Shown here: in pieces, positions 29,283-38,800 of the stretch
Layout: each line of letters opens with the position of its first letter
How positions within the stretch are numbered: the stretch's first letter is position 1
Assembly (NCBI GenBank): GCA_032249135.1
Contig: JAVVGL010000006.1
Span: forward strand, 19,792-83,791
Direction: 5' to 3'
Source: Candidatus Calescibacterium sp.
Lineage (GTDB): Bacteria > Calescibacteriota > Calescibacteriia > Calescibacteriales > Calescibacteriaceae
DNA length: 64,000 nucleotides
Notes under the pieces: model-generated
What the model was told of the DNA's origin: nothing
What the model saw: the letters and a program-made list of their open reading frames with translations, nothing else
Database searches by the model: none
Translations under genes and position numbers: made by a program

Positions 29283-30143
29283 TTGATTAAAATAAAATTG
29301 AGTGTAGAGGAGGGTAAAAAATTAAAAAATAAAAGTATGCAGACTTTCAAGGCTTTAATTTACTCTTTCAGATTCCCTCAGTTTTTCTTCTTTATTTCGG
29401 TTTTGATGATGGGATTTTTTTCAGGAGGAACAAAACAAATATATTCTATCACTATCATATTAAAGCTTACTTTTTGTGCGGTTTCAATTTTTTTTCTTTG
29501 GTGGGGGAACTCACTTATTAATGATCTTTACGACCTTGAAATAGACAAAATAACAAATAGATCAAGACCTTTGGTGAGAGGACTTGCAAGACCGGAGGAT
29601 TTCAAAAAATTCGGGTTTTTATTCCTTTTTTTATCTCCTATTCCAGCATTATTTGTTGATTTTTGGGTATTTCTTATAAGCCTTTTGTATGTTTTTTTAT
29701 CGATTCTGTATTCACCTTTGAGATGGGGAAAAAGTCCTTTTTCGTCTTTGTTTATAGCGTGTGGTTCATCTTTGGTTTTCTTGCAGGGGAGCTTGATTTC
29801 TGGGAAAATAGATTTGATATTTTCTCTTTTTCTTTTCTTATCTTTGTCTTTGGCTACTACATCAAAGGACTTAAAAGATTACGAGGGTGAGAAGGGCAAA
29901 GTTTTAAATGTCTTTACTTTTTTCGGGAGAGAGAAAGGCAAGGTTATAAATTTTTTCTTGAACTTTTTGGGTATTTTTGTTTGGGTATTTTTGGTTCCAA
30001 AACTTTTTTGGTTTTTAGTTTTTAGTTCTTTGATCCTATCTTTATTTTTCTTCTTCACAGAAAAACTAAAAATCCTTATGTTTCTTTATCTTCTTGTTCT
30101 ATCTTTTGTGTTCTTTTTTTATGTAAAACCTTATTATTATTGA
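29283..30143 (+). CDS. UbiA-superfamily prenyltransferase
   Basis: It is polytopic. The first Asp-rich motif is NDLYDLEIDKITNRSRPL and the second is SKDLKDYEGEKGKVLNVFTFFG. An alternative start is ATG 29337 (MQTFKAL...). Confidence 0.75.
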   Translation: MIKIKLSVEEGKKLKNKSMQTFKALIYSFRFPQFFFFISVLMMGFFSGGTKQIYSITIILKLTFCAVSIFFLWWGNSLINDLYDLEIDKITNRSRPLVRGLARPEDFKKFGFLFLFLSPIPALFVDFWVFLISLLYVFLSILYSPLRWGKSPFSSLFIACGSSLVFLQGSLISGKIDLIFSLFLFLSLSLATTSKDLKDYEGEKGKVLNVFTFFGREKGKVINFFLNFLGIFVWVFLVPKLFWFLVFSSLILSLFFFFTEKLKILMFLYLLVLSFVFFFYVKPYYY

Positions 30144-31192
30144 TTTGACAAAAAGAGGGCTTCAAGGCACAGTGCACAAGATAAAGCTTTTACTCCTAAA
30201 AGATATTTTCTTTCTGGATCACCTGCATAAATGTATTCCGGTTCTTTCATTTCTATTACTTTGTTCATGTGCTCAGAAATTTTCTCTATTTCTGTTCTGT
30301 CAAGTTTTGCATTCAGTTTAAGAAGCGATGAAATTATAGCGCACCTTGTTGTTATGTTTAAATCTTTGTCATAAATTAAGGCGTAAGTTAAGGTTTTTTC
30401 AATCTTATCTTTAATCTCATTTTTATTCTGGCATTTTATATACGGAAGCGCCCTCACTATGTTGTAAAGCGCAAGATAATCTGAAAGGTAATATGTTCTG
30501 TACCATATATCTTTGAAATTTTGTGGGTTTGAAACAAAGTTATGAATGAATTTACATATTCTCTCAACTCTTTCGTTGTATATATCGTATACTGAAAAAG
30601 CCCATAAAACATTTGCTGCAATCCCCAAATCCCCAGATTCCGTAAATGGACTCCCACCAGCAATCCAGATTTTTACCGTGCCATCTTCTCTTATGAATTG
30701 AGTTAGGCTTTCTACAAACTCCTTTGGTATATTTTTGAAATTTGTAATTTTGAATATAGCTAAAACTACGGAGGTAGTATCTATATCTGGAATCTCCATA
30801 GCTTTGATTTCTTCTGGTCCGATCAAGCTTTCATATCCCCACAGATACTCTCCTTTTTTGTTTTTATTTTTCCAGACAGATGAAAAAATCTTTTCTGCGA
30901 GGTTTTTACTTTTTTGTTTTAGTTTTTTGTCTTTTGTTATCTTGGAAAATTGCCATAGTATATAACCTACTTGGACAGAATCAAAAATACTTTTTCCAGT
31001 GGAAGTTTTTCCCTCTATTCTTCTGAACATAGTGTAGTCAAAGAGTGCGGTTTGGTCCAATTTTTTTTCAAAAAAATCAAGTGTTTTTTCGTATTCAGAT
31101 TTTTGAGGACAAACTGAAAACACCAAAGAAAAAAAAGAAAAAGGAAAAAAGAAAAAAAGCAATAACGCCAATAATAATCGTTTAGATTTCAT
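30137..31192 (-). CDS. Exported hypothetical protein, possible prenyltransferase/terpene-cyclase-like alpha/alpha-toroid fold
   Basis: It has an N-terminal signal/anchor. The segment PDIDTTSVVLAIF resembles the D-x-D-D-T-A-V-V motif region of squalene-hopene cyclase-like toroids, and LTQFIREDGTVKIW resembles a QW/PFTB-type repeat. The similarity is at motif level only. Confidence 0.35.
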   Translation of the reverse strand: MKSKRLLLALLLFFFFPFSFFSLVFSVCPQKSEYEKTLDFFEKKLDQTALFDYTMFRRIEGKTSTGKSIFDSVQVGYILWQFSKITKDKKLKQKSKNLAEKIFSSVWKNKNKKGEYLWGYESLIGPEEIKAMEIPDIDTTSVVLAIFKITNFKNIPKEFVESLTQFIREDGTVKIWIAGGSPFTESGDLGIAANVLWAFSVYDIYNERVERICKFIHNFVSNPQNFKDIWYRTYYLSDYLALYNIVRALPYIKCQNKNEIKDKIEKTLTYALIYDKDLNITTRCAIISSLLKLNAKLDRTEIEKISEHMNKVIEMKEPEYIYAGDPERKYLLGVKALSCALCLEALFLSNQ

Positions 31193-31294
31193 TTTGCAAC
31201 TTATATTTTAATTTTGTAATGTAAAGAGAATTTTTTATTTCCGTTTATTTTTTAAATTTTTTGTAGCTATATTTTTTATAGCAGGTGAGAAAAT

Positions 31295-31927
31295 ATGCGG
31301 AAATCGTTATCAGAAGAAGCTACTGAGGTTTTAGAAAGTAAGCTCGGTAAGGCGGAGGCGAAAGCTTTTGTGAGAGCTGTTGATGAAGTAATATCACAAA
31401 TTACTGAAATCAAATGGAAAACAACAAAAGATGAGCTCCTTAGTGCAATAAGAGAAGAATTCATAAATAAAAATGTCTTTGAAGAAAGAACATTAGCAAT
31501 ACAGCAAAGTATTAACTCATCAAAGTTAGAGCTTAATGCAAGGATAGACGGGGTTAATGCAAAGGTAGACGGAGTCAAAATGGAGCTTAATGCAAGGATA
31601 GAAGGGGTAAGAGCAGAGCTTACTGAAAAGATAGACGGAGTTAAGATGGAGCTTAATGCAAGGATAGATGGGGTTAATGTAAAGGTAGATAGTATCAAGG
31701 CAGAGCTTGATGCGAAGATAGAAGGAGTCAGAGCAGAGCTTACTGAAAAGATAGAAGGAGTTAAGACGGAGCTCAGTGCAAAAATAGATAAAGTAAAGTC
31801 AGACCTTGAAAGACAAATACAAAAAACTGATATGAAGCTTAATTTCCTTATTGTATTGACTATTATTGCCATTACTCTTATGAACCCAGTTGTAGCTGAA
31901 ATCATAAAATCACTTCTCAAATTTTGA
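31295..31927 (+). CDS. Tail-anchored coiled-coil repeat protein (DUF1640-like)
   Basis: An AGGTGAG Shine-Dalgarno sits 6 nt upstream. The composition is K/E-rich and consistent with the genome. An array of 11/7-residue repeats is followed by a single C-terminal TM segment (LNFLIVLTIIAITLM). Confidence 0.7.
   Translation: MRKSLSEEATEVLESKLGKAEAKAFVRAVDEVISQITEIKWKTTKDELLSAIREEFINKNVFEERTLAIQQSINSSKLELNARIDGVNAKVDGVKMELNARIEGVRAELTEKIDGVKMELNARIDGVNVKVDSIKAELDAKIEGVRAELTEKIEGVKTELSAKIDKVKSDLERQIQKTDMKLNFLIVLTIIAITLMNPVVAEIIKSLLKF
31529..31801 (+). repeat. In-frame tandem repeat array (33-nt and 21-nt units) encoding hendecad/heptad coiled-coil repeats
   Basis: The units read ELNARIDGVNA KVDGVKM ELNARIEGVRA ELTEKIDGVKM ELNARIDGVNV KVDSIKA ELDAKIEGVRA ELTEKIEGVKT ELSAKIDKVKS. 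The corresponding DNA units are clearly similar (gagcttaatgcaaggatagaNgggg...). Confidence 0.85.
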
Positions 31928-31984
31928 TGACATAATTTTTTCAAATAATTAGAAGGTTCTGAAAACTTGCTCTAAATTAAAAAT

Positions 31985-32809
31985 ATGTCTTGCTCTGTGT
32001 TCTTTATTTTTGCTCTTTTTCTTGTCTCTCAGCAAACAAGTATATATGATGGGATTTTACTTGAAGTTGAAAGACTTGTTGGCTACCTTGAAACCATCCA
32101 AAGACAAGATGGAAGGTTCTCAAATTCAAACTCAGATTTTGAGGATGTCCTTGTTTTATTTTCTCTTTATGATGCCGAAAGAGTAGCTCACCCCAAAAAT
32201 AAAATTCATGAACATTTTTCAAAAATAATAAGAAAGGCAGATGAAAATGGTGTTTTTTCTTATCTTTCAAATTCCAGGGACCCAAAGGCACGCTTTAAAT
32301 GGTATAGATTTTTGGTCTATACAAATTCTTTGAAGCAACCAGACCTTAAAGCGGAGATAGAGAAGATAGACTGGCAGAAGCAAAACGATGTGGAATTTTT
32401 TGCTGTGGTTCATGAAACCGCCTCAATGGCGGGTCTCAAATATGATTTTTTATGCCAAAAAATTGAAAGTTTCCTTGAAAAATTCATACAAAATCCAAAA
32501 ATTCAAGACCTTGAAAAAGTGTATTTTATTTTTCAGTCGCTCAATTACTCAAACTGTGAAAAGTTTAGCAAACATTCTCCATTTGTTTTTGAGGTTTTGA
32601 AAGGGGTGGAGAAACTTAAAGATCAGCTCAAAAAAAATCCTTCTTTCGTATGTATGTACTTTGATGTTTTATCTAATTTTTCTCGCTCTCGTTCTTTTAA
32701 CTTTGAAGAATTTGAGCTTTTGTTTGATGCTTTGAAAAAAGTGAGGAGACCAAAAGAAGTTGCAATATGTATAAGCTCTGCTGTGAAAGTTCTTTTGAGA
32801 AGGATGTAA
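31985..32809 (+). CDS. Exported hypothetical protein (weak prenyltransferase-repeat-like motif), immediately upstream of giant gene 1
   Basis: It has an N-terminal hydrophobic signal/anchor (MSCSVFFIFALFLVS). VGYLETIQRQDGRFS resembles an L..Q..DG.F alpha/alpha-toroid repeat. I recognised no other motif. Confidence 0.4.
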   Translation: MSCSVFFIFALFLVSQQTSIYDGILLEVERLVGYLETIQRQDGRFSNSNSDFEDVLVLFSLYDAERVAHPKNKIHEHFSKIIRKADENGVFSYLSNSRDPKARFKWYRFLVYTNSLKQPDLKAEIEKIDWQKQNDVEFFAVVHETASMAGLKYDFLCQKIESFLEKFIQNPKIQDLEKVYFIFQSLNYSNCEKFSKHSPFVFEVLKGVEKLKDQLKKNPSFVCMYFDVLSNFSRSRSFNFEEFELLFDALKKVRRPKEVAICISSAVKVLLRRM

Positions 32810-32878
32810 TAAAATCTTGTTTTTTCTTCCCAAAATGATTATTATATATAAAAATTGCTAAATTTTTTTGTAAAAGGT

Positions 32879-35800
32879 ATGACAGAACAAAAAAAATTGG
32901 GAGCAATTTTACTCAATATTTTCATCGTCTTATCTTTACCACTGATAATAAAAGGGGAAGAAATAAAAAGAGGAGACACTGATAACCAATATGAAACAAA
33001 AGGAGAGAACACCTATGACCAATATGACGAACAAAGAATAATGCGCGAATTAGAGCTTTTACCTATACTATCTCTTGAAAGAACAAGGAGAGAAACGGGA
33101 AGAGCGGGAAGAATGTATATTGGGTTTGCTGATGAAGTTTTCAGAGGTAGAATTATTCCGAAAGTTGTTCCAAAAACCGCAACGCTCGCAATTGATGGCA
33201 TAGGCTGCGGAATATCAACCGGAAATATCATCGGTCCTTCCTCAACTTGGGGTCAATCATTCCAAGCAAGGTGGGGATATGAAGTACTGAATGTTGGTTG
33301 TCCAAACGACGATGCCGGTTGGTGTGACGATAAAGACTGGCCAGCACCATCTGCTTGTGTTGATGCTAACAGAGATTATATTTGCGACTGCGGATGGGGC
33401 GGATGCGTTGGAGGTTGTGATGATATAAACGCTCCGGACTGTGGATATAGAGAAAGGTTAGGGGATATGACGGGAGAATTTGAAGGGCTTTTACAATATG
33501 TAGCCGAACGACTAAAAGAAGCTCTCGTTCAGCGAGATTTGAGAATACTTGTAAATAAATCTCTTTGTGGAAAAGGTAGTTGTGTAGATACACCGTGGCC
33601 ACTTGACCACCTCTGCCTCACAGTAAATCAAGACCCAACAGATAATGCTAATATCAGGGAGAGATGTTGGGCACCGAGTAAGCCTTTGGACCCCTGGGTT
33701 GTATACTACAACAAAACTTTTGTTGAGGTATTTCCAAATCCCGGTAAAGGAACAATTGATGTTATTTTACTTTTGTGGGCAGAAGGAGGTGTTCCAGGGG
33801 ACCCTCAAGGTATCCCTGTGAGTAATAGAAGTAATGGCAACACAAATCCATCAAGTGATGTTTGTGTTGAGTTGAGGTTGTGTGGAGATTCAAGTGGTGG
33901 TGGTGCTTTCTATGCCGATGCCATAGCTATAAAAGCCTCTCTTTATCTTGTGGTTCAAGATAACTTAGTAGATGTCTGTGTAAAAGATACTGAACTTGAT
34001 ATTATAAATTCTCATGTTTACCTTGAAGGTTGTGTTGCTGGGTGTTTCTGCGATGCCAATCCAGAAAGCCCGCCTTTGGGTAATCAGAGTTTATCGGATG
34101 AAGGATTAGAGGAGACACTTGGGGCCTCAATTGCTCCTGGAATTGATAATTTCCTTCACGGAAACTGCCCAGGTGATAGAGCCTTATCTTTGTGCCCAAA
34201 AGTTGCTTTCAGAGGTTGGGGTTACCGGGGACCCTGTGCCCCATCAATAGGGTGTAGTTTTGATGCAACAACTGGTGAGATGTCTTGTACTTGTCAGGTC
34301 TGCCCTGAAAATAATAGCTATGGACCTTGCCCCCCTGGTTCTGTGCAGTGCACTCACGGAATTTTTCCTATTGATTTAAATGAGCTTTTGGGAGGGAGAA
34401 GCTTTTCTGTTACGCAATATTGTGGGAGACCTCAACATTTTGCTGGTGAGAATGCCGCGCACCTTGACCCTCTCAAATGTTGGCCAGGACACTACAAAGC
34501 AGGCGACCCAACTCCACCTCCTCCTTTTAACAACCCTCTTACATGGTATGGGACTATGAGCTGTGGTAAGGGGATATATGATATTGGTTGTTATATGTCA
34601 AAACCTCCTATTTTGACTGGAACCGGTTGTTCTGCTCAGATTGATGCGGCAATAAGACCTCGTGATTTGTCTCAGTCTTGCTCTGAGATGAGTTTTGACG
34701 GCTATCCTGCATCTCCTACCTTTTCGGGGACATCTGGTTTTGTTGTAAGAGCCGCATTTGATGCTGATAACTACACGCCTGAACCTCTTCTTTTTCCTCA
34801 GTCGGTCCCAGCGGCTGGTACAAACTGCAATATTCAGGGAGATGGAGTAGATGATGACAATGGCTACTGTTCTGTTTCAATTCCTTTTACTTTTAATTTT
34901 TACTTTGGCTCATACACTTCTATGTGTATTTCTACTAATGGTTTTGTAAGATTTGGCGCGGCAGGTGCAGATTGTGGAGACGCAACTCCCGACCCCATCC
35001 CGTATACTAATACTCCTAATGCGTGGGCTGGACCGATGTGGGCAGACCTTTCCATAGAGAACGAGTATCTCTACTATGTCTCAGAAGTTGTTCCAGCAAC
35101 TTGGATAGATGCTTACTCTTGTAGAATCATGGGAGCTATGGATGTTGGGGCGAGCGCGGGCGACCCGTTAGATGATACATTAGTTGGAAATGTAAATTCT
35201 GCTTGCGCCGGCTCAAATATCTGTGGCGTCTCATCCCTTTGCAACGATGAACATTCTGAACCATCCTACACAACATACAACGACTGTTCATATAACCAAT
35301 CCATAGGATGGAGTTTTCCATTTTTTGGTTCAAATTTCTCAAATGTATGCATAAGTTCTAATGGTATAATATATTTTAGGAACGATGGAATATGTCCAGC
35401 AGGTGCTTTGAATATACCAACTTCACCAGCAGCCGGGGGACCTAACTACTCAATAGCAGTCGTATGGAAAGACCTTGACCCCCTCACAATGACCTCAGAT
35501 GAAGATTGCAGCGGGTGTGCAAGTTGTTCTTTTCTTTGCACCGGGCATGATAGGCACAGAGGGGAGTTTAATGGCTTTGGTTCGGTCTACAAGCATTACA
35601 TATCTGGCACATGCCCAACTTCCGGTGGTTCGTGTTCCGCTTTGGTTATAACATGGTATAGGGTTGTAGATTTTAATGTCCAACCAAATAATGCAGATAA
35701 CTGCTCTGATAATAACGATTCAAATGCAGATTGTACAAACTACGCAGCTGGAAGAGATTGGTGTGAAGTCAGGGAAGGAAGTAACCTCTATGACTGCGGT

Positions 35801-38800
35801 TGTAATCCAGATTGTGGCGCATATGGTGGTTGCAACGCCACAGACGACAGCAACTGTAGGAGAATTTGCAGGTGTTGTATTCAGGGTTGTCAGGATCAGG
35901 CGAGGGCTGGGCAACCGAATGAATGGGAAGCTTATAAGCGGCAGGTTCAAAACACAAACACATTTCAGGTCGTCTTGTGGCAAGATGGAACAATTGATAT
36001 AAATGTAAAGGAATTTACAGATACCGCCGGAAGCTGTAATGGAACAACGCCACGCGCTCGTATGTTTTTGAAACAAAATTCATCAAGATATATTGAGTTA
36101 AGCATAGCACCGAATAAGTCTTATAGAATCTTCCCCCTGGGTTATGCAAACACAGTTTGTGGTACCGGGCGAGTAATATATGGTTCTGGAACTTGCACAA
36201 GAACAACCGGTTCAGGAACTGCAAACTGTGTCAGAGTCAGATGGGAAAATGTCCATGTGAAAGGGCAAGGCATATGCATAACTATGGAGGCAAGAATTAT
36301 GCAAGATTACACGGGGACGGGAGCGGGAGCAGGTTCAAACTACGATATTGTGTTTTTCATGGAAAGATTTGAGGTTCCGATAGCTTCACTATCTCCGGAG
36401 CAAAGGAAACAGCTGGCAAGACTATCAGACTTTACAAGGAGCCCCGGTGTGGAAAACGCTGCCGGTGATGTGGGAGCTTATGCTTATATACCTCCTGATG
36501 GGAATGGTTTGGTTATGAGGTGGCAAGGTCCGTGGACATACTGGATTGGTGTGGGTATATCACAAGATTTGATGACTGACGCATCAAACATGCTATACTC
36601 TGGGGTGATGTGTCTTTCTGCAAATGTGGGCGGAGTTAATACTGCAGATACCCAAAAATACTACGATATTTTTACTACAATTTTACCGTTTAACTTATCA
36701 TCAGCCGATTCTGCAAAAACACTATTTCCATTTATCACGAATTATTGCGATCCGGATGGTCAGGTTGAGTTGAGGATGAAACCATCTGGTGTGACGCAAG
36801 CGAGCGCAAGAACAGGCTTGCAAATCCCATCTGTTTTAATTGCAGGCTCTACCCTTGATACATTCCCTTATGAGGGAGCGCTCGGAATTTCTGTTCCACA
36901 AACATGCACCGAGTGGGGGTTTTCACGATGTGCAGATGTCGTCTTCTCTTTCCCGAATTTCAAAGCGGAAATTTGGTGCCACAAAAACAACCTCCCAACC
37001 TTTGCGTGGATAAAAGACGGTATAACAGGTCCTCCAACCTATGTTTTGGGAATAACATCAGATTGGTTTATCGGAGCCGATATAGAATACGCTTACATAT
37101 CAACGGGAATTTCTATGCAGGCAAAATTGCAGGATGCGTCAGGAGGAAATGAATATGTCTATGTGAAAATAGCCGATGTCTCCTGTGCAATAGCTTCGGG
37201 AGATATACTTGAATATTGGATAAGGGTTGACCCAGCTACAAGACGCTGCGCCCTTGATGCATATTTCTCGGGGGGAGGCGTTCTGAGAAATGTACCAGGA
37301 CTTACCGACCAGAACGGAATACCTGCTCACCCTGATGGTAATTTGCAGACTTTCTGTCCTGACCCTAACTGCACAAAGACTGCACCAAACACAAGTTGTA
37401 GGTGCCCCGTACAAGATTGGTATAGGAGAAGAATATCGCTTTCTAGTTTTGCTGGGCAAACTTTGCAGGAGCTTGCAATAGGTGTTGAGGAAGATGCAAA
37501 CGGTGGATATTCTTGCCAAATAATGGGTATTAAGGTTTTAAATAGTTCCGGTGGAGTAAAATGCTCTTTTTCTGGTCTAAGAGATATGGGAATATGGGCT
37601 CGAGGAGGGATAAGCAGCATGCAACGATATTCTTACTCTGTTGCTGGGAACACCATAGGAGATATATTTATTTTTGCAGATGTGAAACCGAACCCAAGAC
37701 AGATTCAATCTTCTGTTTTGCTACCAAGTCAAATTATAGGAGGAATCGCAGACATTTTCGGAGATATTCTCTCTGGTTGGTTGCAAGGCAGAATAAGAAC
37801 AAAATTCAATATACCTTTGGAAATAAACATGCCTTTGCATTTTGTTTTCAAAAAAGTCAAACCACAAGGACCTGATATTCAAACAGATGAGACTAACTTT
37901 AACCCATGGCTAAGTTATGGTTATCCTCCCGGAAATATAGCTCCTGATTACTTGGTTATTTACATAGATAGATTTTTGGGGAATATAGATGTTGTATCTT
38001 TGATGATGGGTGGTCTTTCTTTGGCTCCACCCGCACCTTATCGTAGGTCTCAAGTTTCAACATCTGAACTTATATCTTTTGATATTCCAGAGTGTTCCGG
38101 GAAAGGTGAAAAATGCGTTCTGACTCCTGATGTTGCTAAAAAATATTTCACAAATTTTGGTCCAAATAATGTGAATTTGAGATTTGGAGGAGGTGTTATA
38201 AAATACTCGTGGAGGAAAAATGGGAGTATGTGGAAGCTTCCAAATTCTGCCGCACAAAGCACACTTGATATAGGTACCTTGCTTGAAGGACCAAACATAA
38301 TAGAGATAGCTCCAATATTAGATGATGGGTACTTTTACGATGAAAATCCAGTTATTTTGGCTATATATATGGATACCCAACCACCTTATGTTAGTTTGAG
38401 AGGAGGGAGGGAGCTTGAAACAGGTATTATGTATTTTTCCGGTGTTCCAGTGTTTGTTTTAGAATACTATGATATGAGCGGTGAGGTTTTCTGGTCTTAT
38501 AAGATAGATGATGGTGAGTGGTCAGAATGGATAAAAGGAGGAGTTGATAATAACGGTAGCGGAACAGGTAGAATAAAAGCAGATGTGAGCAAAGGCACAC
38601 ATGTTCTTTACCTGAAATTGAAAGATAAATGGGGTAATGAAACATCAATTTCTAAACCATTTTATTTCGCAAAGGAGGGAGTTTTTGGATGCTCATCGCT
38701 GAGCGAAGTTGAAGTCCAAGAGATTGTATGGAAGGGAATTTCTTTTGCTATTTTCTTCTTCCCAGTTTTAGTCGTAGTTCTTATGGTAAAAAGGAACGGT

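Noticed and set aside
31276-31944. A 222-aa ORF on the minus strand fully overlaps the coiled-coil repeat gene.
   Set aside because: It is the mirror image of an in-frame tandem repeat. Its product is S/L/T/I low-complexity, unlike the K/E-rich proteome, and it has no SD. The plus-strand ORF has AGGTGAG 6 nt upstream and a coherent coiled-coil plus TM architecture.
35676-36076. Several 70-118-aa ORFs on both strands lie inside giant gene 1 (including 35676-36002 +, 35720-36076 -, 35769-35993 -).
   Set aside because: They are by-products of the locally higher GC and lower stop-codon density. The main frame is continuous for ~1982 codons with coherent domain structure.
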